Shown: one piece after another, positions 50,641-60,826 of the stretch
Position numbering within the stretch: position 1 is the stretch's first letter
How the letters are laid out: every line of letters starts with the position of its first letter
Source: Candidatus Krumholzibacteriota bacterium
GTDB lineage: Bacteria > Krumholzibacteriota > Krumholzibacteriia > Krumholzibacteriales > Krumholzibacteriaceae
DNA: 64,000 nt
NCBI GenBank assembly: GCA_016933255.1
Contig: JAFGBF010000002.1
Coordinates: 4,772-68,771, forward strand
Direction: 5' to 3'
The notes under the pieces: generated by a model
What the model saw: the letters and a program-made list of their open reading frames with translations, nothing else
Told to the model about the DNA's origin: nothing
Databases searched by the model: none
Made by a program: the position numbers and the translations under genes

Positions 50641-53085
50641 TTGAAAAAGAACCGTCTTGCCGCCTGGTCGTTTGCCGTCCTGTCGATGATCCTTCCCTTT
50701 GCCGGGAGCTGCCCGGCCGAGGTCGACGGACCGGTGACATACCCGTTAAGAAGCGATATATATACATATCTGTCTGTATCGGATACAGATGACGCATCAT
50801 CGATCTTCGTCAATCCGGCGGGGCTTGCGTTCCGTCCCTACAGATCGATGATCCTCAGGGGCGCGTACAGTTACGACAGGATAAACGAAATCACCCTTGG
50901 TCTTGCTTTCCCCAACATCGGTATCGGTTATTCCAGAATAGACGAGATCAGATACAAGTCAAATTCCCTTCTGCTCGGCCTTGCGCTACCTTTGGGCGGC
51001 AGGTTCAGCATCGGGAGTTCCCTTGCCTGGCAAAGCAGCAATATGGATAACGATCCCTCCCCATTTTCCGCGGGCCTCGGCTTTCTCATCCGTCCGAACC
51101 GTTTCCTTTCCCTGGGCGGAATCTGGAATAACGCAAACCGGCCGGATTTCGGAGGCGGGAGACTCGAAGACCGTTTTACCTTTGCGGCTTCGATAAGGCC
51201 GATGAGAGAAAGAATAACCCTTTCCGCTCAAACCGACCTCAAGGAAGGCCTGAGACCCGGATATCTTTTCGGCGCAGGCCTCGTACTGCTCCCCGGGTTC
51301 GAGATCTACGGGTCGTATATGAAAGATCTTTCAGGAAACGGCGCCCCTTACGAGGAGTTTTCCGCCGGGATGGCATTTTCCCTTGATTACGGCAGGGTCA
51401 GGACGGGGACCCGAATGGCCGCCAAAGGCAAGAGCGAATACAGCATCAACTCGGTCTCGATCGAAAAAAGCGCCGCGTACAGAAGAGATTCCCTCGTCAA
51501 AAAAGAGATCTTCGCCCAAATCGAGGTAAGCGGGAAATATCTCGATGAAGGAGGGAGATTTCAGCTTACAGGGACAAAGAGCCGAGACCTCCACCCGCTG
51601 CTCAAGGAGCTTCGAAACATCAGGGATGATGAGGATATCATGGGATTGATCCTCGACATAGGCCCGCTCACAGGCGGATTCATTGGCCCGGTCGACGCAA
51701 ACCTTTCCGAGATACGCTCCGCCGTCTCGGAGATCAGGTCGGCGGGAAAACCGGTCGTCGCCTATCTCTCGTCGGGAGGAGGGGCTTCAGAACTCTATCT
51801 CGCTTCTGCCGCCGACAGGATCGTCTCTCCAGAACTCTCGCTTATCGGGAGGATCGGAGTATCTCTCGAAGTAAAAAGGCTGAAAAACCTTTTCAATAAA
51901 TTCGGTATCGATTGGGACCACACCACGGCGGGCAAGTACAAATCATCGTTCCACACTCAGTATACCGACACATCTACGGTGGAGCAGGCTGCTGAAATTC
52001 AGGAAATGGTCGATGAAGCATACCGCGTCATTATAGCGGCGATCTCCGAAGGGCGCGGAATCGCGGCCGAGAAAATGTCCGCGCTCGCTCAGGGACAGAT
52101 CTTCTCTCCCGATGAAGCCGTCGAAAACGGCCTGATCGACAGGGTCGGGTGGAAGGCGGAAGCCCGTGAGGAGCTTGGGCTTCTTGCCGGAAAGAAAGAC
52201 CCGGGATCAGTATCCACTGCGTCCATAGCAGACAGGGTCCACTGGAATGACAGATGGGCCCCGCCCCCTGCGGTCGCTATAGTAGGAGCCTACGGGGAGA
52301 TCCGGTCCGGCAATAACATCCTTGACCCGGTGCGGGGCTCAAGGACGATGGGGTCCTCTTCTATAGTATCCTCGCTGAAAAGGGCCTCTGACTATCCCGG
52401 CGTTAGAGCGATAGTATTCAGGGTCGACAGCGGCGGAGGGTCGGCGCTGGCCAGCGATGAGATCCTTGCGGAGATCCGCCGGATTCAGACTGAAATGAAT
52501 ATCCCTGTCGTGATCTCGATGTCGAATATTGCGGGATCGGGAGGTTACTGGATATCGATGTACGGCGACGCGGTCTTCGCAGATCCGCTTACGATCACCG
52601 GCAGCATCGGAGTAGTCTCGGCGAAACCGGTCCTGAAAGCTCTCTATGAAAAACTCGGCGTGAACAACGAGGTCTTCAAATCCGGAGAACATTCCGACGC
52701 GTATTCGTCCGGCAGGCTTTATACGGAAGAAGAGCGGGAGATGCTCGAAAAACAGATAGAAAATATTTACGAGATATTCGTCTCGAAAGTCTCGGAAGGA
52801 AGAAAGATCGAGAAGGAAAATGTATACCCTATTGCCGGCGGCAGGCTTTATTTTGGTACGCAGGCGCTTGAAGCCGGCCTTGTCGACGATCTGGGCGGAG
52901 TGTGGGACGCAGTTGATGCCGCAGCCCGGATGGCCGGAATCGAAGACGACTACACGACGATGTATTTTCGAGCCTTTAAAAGATTCTTCTTCGACAGTGG
53001 CGGGGTCTCTCCGCTCGGCGTGCTGAAAGCGGCAAAAGCCCTCTGGCCGGTCAGATCAGGCGCAGACCTTTTCGAAAAGCCTTAG
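50641..53085 (+). CDS. sppA: Signal peptide peptidase SppA (S49) with N-terminal putative beta-barrel
   Basis: Two S49 domains (GKYKS Lys; RVDSGGGS, AGSGGY Ser; TGSIGV); N-terminal NPAGLA plus amphipathic strands. Confidence 0.88.
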   Translation: MKKNRLAAWSFAVLSMILPFAGSCPAEVDGPVTYPLRSDIYTYLSVSDTDDASSIFVNPAGLAFRPYRSMILRGAYSYDRINEITLGLAFPNIGIGYSRIDEIRYKSNSLLLGLALPLGGRFSIGSSLAWQSSNMDNDPSPFSAGLGFLIRPNRFLSLGGIWNNANRPDFGGGRLEDRFTFAASIRPMRERITLSAQTDLKEGLRPGYLFGAGLVLLPGFEIYGSYMKDLSGNGAPYEEFSAGMAFSLDYGRVRTGTRMAAKGKSEYSINSVSIEKSAAYRRDSLVKKEIFAQIEVSGKYLDEGGRFQLTGTKSRDLHPLLKELRNIRDDEDIMGLILDIGPLTGGFIGPVDANLSEIRSAVSEIRSAGKPVVAYLSSGGGASELYLASAADRIVSPELSLIGRIGVSLEVKRLKNLFNKFGIDWDHTTAGKYKSSFHTQYTDTSTVEQAAEIQEMVDEAYRVIIAAISEGRGIAAEKMSALAQGQIFSPDEAVENGLIDRVGWKAEAREELGLLAGKKDPGSVSTASIADRVHWNDRWAPPPAVAIVGAYGEIRSGNNILDPVRGSRTMGSSSIVSSLKRASDYPGVRAIVFRVDSGGGSALASDEILAEIRRIQTEMNIPVVISMSNIAGSGGYWISMYGDAVFADPLTITGSIGVVSAKPVLKALYEKLGVNNEVFKSGEHSDAYSSGRLYTEEEREMLEKQIENIYEIFVSKVSEGRKIEKENVYPIAGGRLYFGTQALEAGLVDDLGGVWDAVDAAARMAGIEDDYTTMYFRAFKRFFFDSGGVSPLGVLKAAKALWPVRSGADLFEKP

Positions 53086-54156
53086 AAGATTCGCCCCCAT
53101 GACCCGGTCTGTATCTTCATCGGAAAACCCTCGATTTTTCAGCTCGGCAGCTATCAACGGGACGCCTGATATATCTTCAAGGCCGACCGGCATGATCGGG
53201 GTCCCGTCAAAATCCGATCCCAGCCCGACATGGCTGATCCCGGCGACAGATACGGCGTGTTCTATATGGTCGGCGACTTCAGCGATACCGGGCATAGGGA
53301 TCACGGAGATCTGCTTCATGTACCGATCCAGGATCTCGCCGTCCACGCGCGCCACATCTCCGTCATATTTTTCGGCAAGCTCCGATCTTTCTTTCTTGTA
53401 CCTGTTCCAGACAGACATCACCTGATCGCTGCATACCTGTTCGAGAAAGGCCGGAAAATAGTTTATCCCTACTACGCCTCCGTTTTCCGAGAGCGCCCTG
53501 AGCATATCGTCTGTAATATTGCGCGGAACATCACAGATCGCCCGCATACAGGAATGCGATACGAGGATCGGATTGGAAGCCGCCTCGATCAGGTCGAAAA
53601 AAGTCCGGTCGGAACTGTGGGAAAGATCGATTACCATCCCTGCCCTGTCCATCTCTTTGACCACCTCGAATCCAAATTCGCTAAGCCCGCCCCATCTATC
53701 TTCGCCTTCACAGGAATCAGCTATTTCGTTGTTGTTGTTCCAGGTCAGAGTCAGGCACCGGACACCGTTTTCGTACAGCCTGTGGAGAGCCTCGACATCC
53801 GAACCTACAGCGTGCCCCCCTTCGACTCCGATCACCACGGCTATCTTCCGATCATCGGTGATACTCCTGATCTCGGAACCTTTATTTACCACCCGCGCAG
53901 AACCGCTGTTTTTTTCGATCTGCCGGCGCAGCCTGCCGATCATCTCGATCGTACTTGCGTTCCATCTTTCAGGCGGGAGGTCGGGGTCGACCCAGCAGGC
54001 AAAAACCTGGGCTCCGTATCCAGCTTCCCTCATTCTTGGAAGATCGATATGCCCGTCAGGCAGCCGTTTTCCAAGATCGATACCATCGTCATCGGTAAGC
54101 CGTGTCGCCGTATCGCAATGCGCGTCAAAAACAAAACCTGCTCCCGCCTTATTCAT
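53056..54156 (-). CDS. Membrane dipeptidase (M19)
   Basis: DAHCD, VEG, LTWN, DLSH, SHS, GSDFDG. Confidence 0.94.
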   Translation of the reverse strand: MNKAGAGFVFDAHCDTATRLTDDDGIDLGKRLPDGHIDLPRMREAGYGAQVFACWVDPDLPPERWNASTIEMIGRLRRQIEKNSGSARVVNKGSEIRSITDDRKIAVVIGVEGGHAVGSDVEALHRLYENGVRCLTLTWNNNNEIADSCEGEDRWGGLSEFGFEVVKEMDRAGMVIDLSHSSDRTFFDLIEAASNPILVSHSCMRAICDVPRNITDDMLRALSENGGVVGINYFPAFLEQVCSDQVMSVWNRYKKERSELAEKYDGDVARVDGEILDRYMKQISVIPMPGIAEVADHIEHAVSVAGISHVGLGSDFDGTPIMPVGLEDISGVPLIAAELKNRGFSDEDTDRVMGANLLRLFEKVCA

Positions 54157-54241
54157 CGGTTTCCTCCAACGGTAAAATGCTCTTTCACTATCTTTTAGAT
54201 ATTAAAAGATGGAGGGGATATTATACAGCAGATTAATGATC

Positions 54242-54757
54242 CTAATGGACGATCTTTGCGGAAGTGGCAACATCTCCATAGACGTAAAGGGCATATGGAA
54301 GAAGCTCTTCCTTGCTTCTGATCGCGTATTCCTGGACTGTCGGACCGCTGAAACGGATATCGATGCTGTTGCTGGCGAAAAATTCCCAGCCAGCCTGGTT
54401 TACCGATGTCGCTCCTCCGATATAATCGAAATCGGCCACGACTTTGCCCCCGTAAAACTGGAGCCATATCGTGTTCAATGTCGGGGGGAATTCATTTTCC
54501 ATGGCGAAATAGGAAAATAGAGCGGTCTGGACGTTTTTAATATTCTGCACTGTGACCGCGACCTGGGCAGCTTTCTTGGAGCGATAAAAGTTTGATATGA
54601 CTATAGTTGCGAGGAATCCAATGATCTCCACGACAATAAACAGCTCGAGGAGGGTGAATCCGGCGATCCCGATCCTGCCGAGAAGAGACCTTTTCTTTCT
54701 TCTTCCTCTTGCTCCGATTGCAAGAATACCTGTTAAATAGCGGAAAAATCGCAACAT
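54242..54757 (-). CDS. Type IV pilin/pseudopilin-like protein
   Basis: Basic leader then G|FTLLEL hydrophobic helix. Confidence 0.85.
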   Translation of the reverse strand: MLRFFRYLTGILAIGARGRRKKRSLLGRIGIAGFTLLELFIVVEIIGFLATIVISNFYRSKKAAQVAVTVQNIKNVQTALFSYFAMENEFPPTLNTIWLQFYGGKVVADFDYIGGATSVNQAGWEFFASNSIDIRFSGPTVQEYAIRSKEELLPYALYVYGDVATSAKIVH

Positions 54758-54822
54758 GCACTCCTTCTGCCCTTAAAGATCTAAGATTCCAGCACGCTGT
54801 GGTTTGAAGCAAAAAACATGAC

Positions 54823-54855
54823 AAAAAAGAAGGGGAGGACTGAAGCCCTCCCCTC
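54823..54855 (-). terminator. Terminator after nifU-like gene
   Basis: AGGGGAGG/CCTCCCCT stem with T-tract on the minus strand. Confidence 0.75.
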
Positions 54856-54880
54856 TGATCGATACGTTTTGAAGGTCGAT

Positions 54881-55108
54881 TTATTCAAACGGTACAGGCA
54901 CGACCTTGACTACCTCCGGAATCCTCTCCTTGAGAACCTTTTCGACTCCAAAAGTCAGGGTCATCTGCGACATAGGACAGCCTGCGCAGGCCCCTTTCAG
55001 CCTTACCTTTACTATACCGTCCTCGACAGAGACCAGCTCGATATCTCCACCGTCAGCCTGAAGGTTCGGCCTGATCTCCTCGAGTACTTTTTTTACTTTT
55101 TCGAACAT
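54881..55108 (-). CDS. NifU/NfuA C-terminal domain Fe-S carrier
   Basis: IRPNLQADGGD, GACAGCPMS. Confidence 0.95.
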   Translation of the reverse strand: MFEKVKKVLEEIRPNLQADGGDIELVSVEDGIVKVRLKGACAGCPMSQMTLTFGVEKVLKERIPEVVKVVPVPFE

Positions 55109-55374
55109 TATTCATCCTCCATTAAGTTGTGTCGGAAAAAATATACTATATCATACTTAACAATCCAAGAAAGAAGTTTTACCGGATCGGTATCCGGCAG
55201 GCAAAACGAAGACCCTGGGCCATGCGCCGGCAGTAAATGCAGAAAAATTCCTTCCGAGGAAAAATAATCGTCTTCTTGCGCTGTTATCAAGTTGCTAATA
55301 TAATACGGATCGACAGCGGGGCCCCCTTTGACCGGAAGGCTCCGGCATGCGGGCAGATTAACCGAGAGGATTAA

Positions 55375-56286
55375 ATGGGCAGTCACAGCGGTCACGATCA
55401 TCACAGCTACGGGATCGAAGCCGGCAGAAGAATCACTATCGCCAGCATAGCCATCAATGCCATCCTGATAACGCTCAAGATCTTCGGAGGCATTTTCGGG
55501 CGGAGCCGCGCCCTTCTCGCAGACGGCATCCATTCCATATCCGATTTTATCTCCGATTTCGTAGTCCTCGTCGGCCTTCATTTCCTGAGAAAAGAAAGTG
55601 ACGAAGATCACCCGTACGGTCACGGAAAAATAGAAAGCGTCTCCACTCTATTTGTAGGGACGATCCTTCTCCTGGCGGCTTTCAGGATCGGCGTGGAAGC
55701 TGCGACTGCGATCTATAAGGGCGATATATCGATCCCCGGCAGATTTACCATAATAATAGCCGCTCTTTCTGTCATCTCCAAAGAGACGATGTACCACCTG
55801 ACCGTCAGGGTCGGAAAAAAGGCGGGAAGCGAGGCGATGATAGCCAATGCGTGGCACCACCGCTCCGACGCCATATCTTCGATCATAACGCTTGCCGGCA
55901 TATCTCTTGCCGTTTTTAACCCTTCTTTAAGGGTCCTTGATTCATACGCCGCCCTTCTGGTTTCATTCTTTATTATAAAGGTCGCCTTCGATATCCTGAA
56001 ACCCGCCATAAACAAGATCATCGACACATCGCCATCAAAAGAACTAATTACTGAAATATTCGAAATCGTATGCGATGTTCCCGGAGTGATCGAATGCCAC
56101 GACCTGATGGCCAGATATTACGCGGACAGGATCAGGATGGAGATCCATATTCAGGTCGACCCGCAGATGACAGTGATCGATTCGCACCGGATCGTCGACG
56201 ATGTGGTGGGGAGGATCACAGAAAAACATCCCGAAATAGAAAAAGTGCTCGTACATGTGGATCCGCATAGAGAAAGGCAGCAGTGA
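55375..56286 (+). CDS. Cation diffusion facilitator (FieF-like)
   Basis: ADGIHSISD, HPYGHGKIE, AWHHRSD, HVDP. Confidence 0.94.
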   Translation: MGSHSGHDHHSYGIEAGRRITIASIAINAILITLKIFGGIFGRSRALLADGIHSISDFISDFVVLVGLHFLRKESDEDHPYGHGKIESVSTLFVGTILLLAAFRIGVEAATAIYKGDISIPGRFTIIIAALSVISKETMYHLTVRVGKKAGSEAMIANAWHHRSDAISSIITLAGISLAVFNPSLRVLDSYAALLVSFFIIKVAFDILKPAINKIIDTSPSKELITEIFEIVCDVPGVIECHDLMARYYADRIRMEIHIQVDPQMTVIDSHRIVDDVVGRITEKHPEIEKVLVHVDPHRERQQ

Positions 56287-57416
56287 AAAAAATAGAGTTT
56301 TTCAGACATGGTATCGGAGATGAAGAGATCGAACGTGTCGGCGGTGTGCTTAGATCGCTTTTCCTTACTACAGGAAACGAAGTTGCGGAGTTCGAGGAGA
56401 CCCTTGCCGGTTATCTCGGCCTGCCGGAAACGGTCGCCGTCACGAGCTGCACGGCGGCGATGCAGCTTGCTCTCCTCGCTGAGGGGATAGGCCCGGGAGA
56501 CGAAGTGATCACAACTCCCCTTACTTTCATAGGATCGGTCAACGCTATCCTGATGACCGGTGCCACGCCGGTCCTTGCGGATGTCGACCGCTCGACAGGA
56601 AATATAGACCCTGCCGCCGTTGCCGGGGCAGTCACCCCCCGTACGCGGGCGATACTCCCCGTCCACCTGTACGGCCAGATGTGCGATATGGAAGCTCTCC
56701 GCCAAATTGCCGACAGCAATGGTCTTTTCATCGTCGAAGACGCTGCCCATACCCTTGAAGGCGAGTGGAACGGGAAAAGACCGGGGCATTACGGCGACTA
56801 CGCCTGTTTTAGTTTCTATGCGACAAAGAATGTGACTTCGGGGGAGGGAGGGGCGATATCGCTAAAAGACCAGGGTAAGTGCGACCTGCTCAAACAGCTT
56901 CGTCTGCACGGCTTCGACAGAAACGCGATGGAGCGATATACCGATCATTTCGAGCAGTACGATGTCCGGATCCTCGGCTGGAAATACAACATGGATAATA
57001 TCCACGCCGCGATCCTGAATGAACAGATGAAGAAACTTTCTTCGATGCTCAAGAGGCGAAAAGAGATATACAGGATATATCTCGACGCGTTTTCAGGGAT
57101 CGAAGGGATAGAACTTCACGATATCAGGCCCGAAGCCCGGCATGCCTGCCATATCCTCACTCTTCTTGTCGACCCGGAGAAACGCGATACCGTCATGTCT
57201 GAGATGCAGAACAGGGGTATCGGGATGTCGATCAACTTCCATCCCGTTCACCTCATGACCTACTACAGGGAGAGATTCGGTTACAAAAAAGGTGATTTCC
57301 CCGCAGCAGAGGAGATCGGCTCGAGGACGCTAACCATACCCTTCTACCCTAAACTGACCGCCGAAGAGATCGAATATGTGATCGAGAATCTTATCGATAT
57401 CGTCAGATCTTCCTGA
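56283..57416 (+). CDS. DegT/DnrJ/EryC1/StrS PLP-dependent sugar aminotransferase
   Basis: SCTAA, PVHLYG, EDAAH, FSFYATKN..GEGG; GTGA overlap with the CDF gene. Confidence 0.94.
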   Translation: MKKIEFFRHGIGDEEIERVGGVLRSLFLTTGNEVAEFEETLAGYLGLPETVAVTSCTAAMQLALLAEGIGPGDEVITTPLTFIGSVNAILMTGATPVLADVDRSTGNIDPAAVAGAVTPRTRAILPVHLYGQMCDMEALRQIADSNGLFIVEDAAHTLEGEWNGKRPGHYGDYACFSFYATKNVTSGEGGAISLKDQGKCDLLKQLRLHGFDRNAMERYTDHFEQYDVRILGWKYNMDNIHAAILNEQMKKLSSMLKRRKEIYRIYLDAFSGIEGIELHDIRPEARHACHILTLLVDPEKRDTVMSEMQNRGIGMSINFHPVHLMTYYRERFGYKKGDFPAAEEIGSRTLTIPFYPKLTAEEIEYVIENLIDIVRSS

Positions 57417-57633
57417 AAAGGCGAAATTCGGATCGATGCGGCTTTTTCCACTTCGCCCCCCCCGGGTTCCGAAAAAAGTTCCGTTTGACTTTTCTTTTCG
57501 ACAGTGTTATTTTTTTCACATGTTAAGCTTTTCTCACAAACTGGGGCCGCAGGCAGAATTGCCAAGCGGCTGCCTGATTCGCTGTTTCAAATGGGCGCGT
57601 TAAAAATTTTGACGCCCTGGAAGGAGTTCCAGA

Positions 57634-59607
57634 ATGAATAAGTCTCTCTTGTCCTTTGTTTCCGCAATCCTTATCACGGTTGTGGCCTTCCCGGTCCTGG
57701 CAGGCGATATCCACAATGCCATTCAAAGCAGCGACGCCGCCAGAGTGAAAGAGATCCTGAAGAACAATCCGGAAAAGGTCAACGAACGGGCAGATAATCA
57801 GTTTGATGAGCTTCCGATACATACCGCCGCGACAACGGGCAACGTGGATATCGCCCGGATCCTTATAGAAGCAGGCGCCGCAGTCGATGCCGGCGACAGC
57901 GATAACAGCACCGCCCTTGATATCGCGGCGATGCGCAGGCACGCCGAAATGGTCACCTTTCTGCTCGAACAGGGAGCAAACGTCAACCATCGGGACCGCA
58001 AGGGCGACACTCCGATCAGTTTTGCCTCGTACCGCGGCAATGAAGAAGTGATTCGGCTTCTGCTCGACGCCGGCGCGGACCTTTATTATCGAAGGCCGGA
58101 CGGAGAGACTCTGATGCATTTTGCCTGCGGCAGAAACCTGCCCTTTCTTGTCGAACATATCCTGGAAAACGGGACCGACCTCGAGACGCGGGCATCAAAC
58201 GGAGGAACGCCTCTGGCTTATGCCGCAGGATCCGGAAATGCCGAGATAGTCAGGATGTTGCTTGAAAAAGGCGCTTCTCCCAATCCCCCCGTAAAAGAGG
58301 GAGGGATTACCCCCCTTATTTTCAGTGCATGGCGCGACGCGGTGGAATGCGCCCGTCTTCTCCTTGAAAAAGGCGCTGATATCAGCGTGAGGTCAAACTC
58401 GGGCAGAACGATCCTGATGGACGCGACCTCACAGTCCTCTGTCGAGATGATCAGACTGCTACTCGAGCATGGCGCCAATGTCAACCTGGCCGATGAAGAC
58501 GGCCAGACAGCTCTGGTAATCGCCGTGGAAAATGGAAAAACGGAACATGTCGCCGCGCTGCTCGAAGCTGGCGCAAAGCCGGATCTCGGAACCGACAAGA
58601 GTGGAAGGACCGCTCTGCAGCTCGCATCGATCAGGGGCTACAGGGAGATCGCGGACAGGCTCATTACAGCTGGAGCAGGCTCATCTGACAGCGGAAAATG
58701 CGGTACGCCGCCGATTCTCTTCGCTGAATATTATGGAAACGACGAAGTTGCCAGTCTCTTAAAATCAAAGGGAGTCTCTGGAAAAGGCAAAAAAACCGAC
58801 CGGTCTCTCGCCGCAACAGGCAACCTCGGTAAGAAAGAGGCAGCGATCTATTTTCTGGGTCACAGCGGCTGGGCCGTCAAGACACGCAACCACCTTCTCA
58901 TTATTGACTATTATAAACAGGGCGGCGATCCGGATCGAAAGGGCCTGTGCAACGGGACTATAAACACCGCGGAACTCGCGGGGAACAAGGTGACAGTCTT
59001 TGCTTCCCATTTCCACGGCGACCACTATGATCCCTGCATCTTCGAATGGAAGGATGAGGTGGAGGATATAACTTACTTCCTTGGTCTGCAGCCGAGAGAC
59101 AGCGTTCCTCCATACGAGTTCATGGAAGAGCGTGTGTCAAAGGATTTTGGGGATATCAAACTCACTACCATACATTCCACAGACGCAGGAGTAGGAATGC
59201 TTATCGAAGTGGACGGCCTTACTATATTCCACGCCGGCGACCACGCAAACGGCCGTATCGGCCTGATGGACGAGTTCACGGACGAGATCGTTTTTCTCAA
59301 AGAAAACTGTCCGCGTCCGGATATCTGCTTCATGGGAATCAGGGGATGCAGCCTCGGCACGCCGGAGCAGGTCAAAGAAGGTGTAGAGTATACCCTTGAA
59401 AAACTCAGCCCCAGAGTATTTATCCCGATGCATGCCCGGGCAGATGGAGAGATATACAGGGAATTCATTGATGAAATAAGCGGCAAGTTCAAGAATGTCC
59501 AGATGGCAGCGCCCGGTAACCGGGGTGATCATTTCATATACAGGAACGGAAAGATCATCGACCCGAGGCCTTTCACTCCGGGCCTTGTTTCAGCTGCGAT
59601 CAAATAA
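57634..59607 (+). CDS. Exported ankyrin-repeat protein fused to a metallo-beta-lactamase-fold hydrolase
   Basis: Signal peptide, about 10 ANK repeats, then LGHSGW, SHFHGDH, HAGD, IPMH. Confidence 0.88.
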   Translation: MNKSLLSFVSAILITVVAFPVLAGDIHNAIQSSDAARVKEILKNNPEKVNERADNQFDELPIHTAATTGNVDIARILIEAGAAVDAGDSDNSTALDIAAMRRHAEMVTFLLEQGANVNHRDRKGDTPISFASYRGNEEVIRLLLDAGADLYYRRPDGETLMHFACGRNLPFLVEHILENGTDLETRASNGGTPLAYAAGSGNAEIVRMLLEKGASPNPPVKEGGITPLIFSAWRDAVECARLLLEKGADISVRSNSGRTILMDATSQSSVEMIRLLLEHGANVNLADEDGQTALVIAVENGKTEHVAALLEAGAKPDLGTDKSGRTALQLASIRGYREIADRLITAGAGSSDSGKCGTPPILFAEYYGNDEVASLLKSKGVSGKGKKTDRSLAATGNLGKKEAAIYFLGHSGWAVKTRNHLLIIDYYKQGGDPDRKGLCNGTINTAELAGNKVTVFASHFHGDHYDPCIFEWKDEVEDITYFLGLQPRDSVPPYEFMEERVSKDFGDIKLTTIHSTDAGVGMLIEVDGLTIFHAGDHANGRIGLMDEFTDEIVFLKENCPRPDICFMGIRGCSLGTPEQVKEGVEYTLEKLSPRVFIPMHARADGEIYREFIDEISGKFKNVQMAAPGNRGDHFIYRNGKIIDPRPFTPGLVSAAIK

Positions 59608-59647
59608 ACCTGCAGCCCGGCAGACAGAGAGAGGCTGTGCCGCGCCA

Positions 59648-60751
59648 TCAGACCAGTCTCGCTATATGGGCGTCCAGCAATCGCCCGACGATCCTTTTTT
59701 CGGTGAATTCCCCGGCGCGTTCAAATGCGCGCGCCGCGATCGAATCGTAAAACTCCCTGTCTCCGGCCAGCCGTGCCATCGCCTTTCCTATCTCTTCGGG
59801 AGACTTAACGGGGACAAGGATGCCTGTCCGCCCATCTTCGACCAGTTCGGGAATCGATTTCCAGCGGGTGGCGATCACGGGGACTCCCGCGGCGAACGCC
59901 TGGAGTATCACCGCCGGATGCCCCTCTCCCTCATGATAGGTGGGAAGAAGAAGGAAATCGTATTCGCTTAACCTTCCTATTACTTCATCGGGCTGAAGTC
60001 TGCCGCCGTATCGGCAATTGGTATTCGCCTCCAGTGATCTGTCAAACGGCTCTTTGTCGCGGGGAAGGATATCGCCGAAGAAATCTACGCGGACCTTTGC
60101 CTCGTTTCCAACCGCTTCTATTATATCGAATACTCCCTTTTCTCTCTTGATCTGTCCGATGAAAATACCTCTGCCGGAAAAACTCCCGGACGGCATCCTG
60201 TCCGGTATCATCGAGTCGGGAATGAAGTTTGGAAATCTGGCGATGCGGCTTCGGTCGATCTGAAGCCCGTCGATAAGATCCGATTCCAGCGCCGCGGTCT
60301 GGGGAAGAATAAGATCCGCTTTCCTTATCATCTTGATGACGATATTCCGCCTTAACCCCCGAAGCGTTTTCAGCTTATCGACGAAAAAGGAACCGAAGCT
60401 CTTTATGACGAATGGCTTGCCGGTCAATATGCAGATGCCGATAAGCGGAATCCCTATTGAACAGACGAAGGAACTGTTCACCCAGAAAAGCACGGCCCTC
60501 GCTCTGAATACTTTTCCTGTGAAGGAAAAGAATATTCTGAAAGCCCTGAGAATATCGCCGGGGGGGCGGCTGGAATTATGGACCCTGATGAATCCGCGAG
60601 AGGATGTATCGATCATATCCAGGGTGATCCCCGCCTTGGACCAGTAAACGCTTTTAAACAGATTGTATGTGGAGACCGTATCTCCACCGATCGGGGGAGG
60701 GAGCGGGCCTGTCAGAAGTACCCGTTTCTTTTTTTCACCCTTCTTTTCCAT
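59648..60751 (-). CDS. Glycosyltransferase family 4
   Basis: GPLPPPIGG, EKG, EGHPAVILQA. Confidence 0.88.
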   Translation of the reverse strand: MEKKGEKKKRVLLTGPLPPPIGGDTVSTYNLFKSVYWSKAGITLDMIDTSSRGFIRVHNSSRPPGDILRAFRIFFSFTGKVFRARAVLFWVNSSFVCSIGIPLIGICILTGKPFVIKSFGSFFVDKLKTLRGLRRNIVIKMIRKADLILPQTAALESDLIDGLQIDRSRIARFPNFIPDSMIPDRMPSGSFSGRGIFIGQIKREKGVFDIIEAVGNEAKVRVDFFGDILPRDKEPFDRSLEANTNCRYGGRLQPDEVIGRLSEYDFLLLPTYHEGEGHPAVILQAFAAGVPVIATRWKSIPELVEDGRTGILVPVKSPEEIGKAMARLAGDREFYDSIAARAFERAGEFTEKRIVGRLLDAHIARLV

Positions 60752-60826
60752 CAGTCTCTCGATTCCGATCCGGGACGCATCAGCCCTTGAATACGGACTT
60801 ATGACGACTAAAGTCTTTTGTACCTT

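Noticed and set aside
55280..55374. NiCo (czcD) riboswitch ahead of the CDF transporter
   Set aside because: The conserved junction nucleotides of that motif were not found
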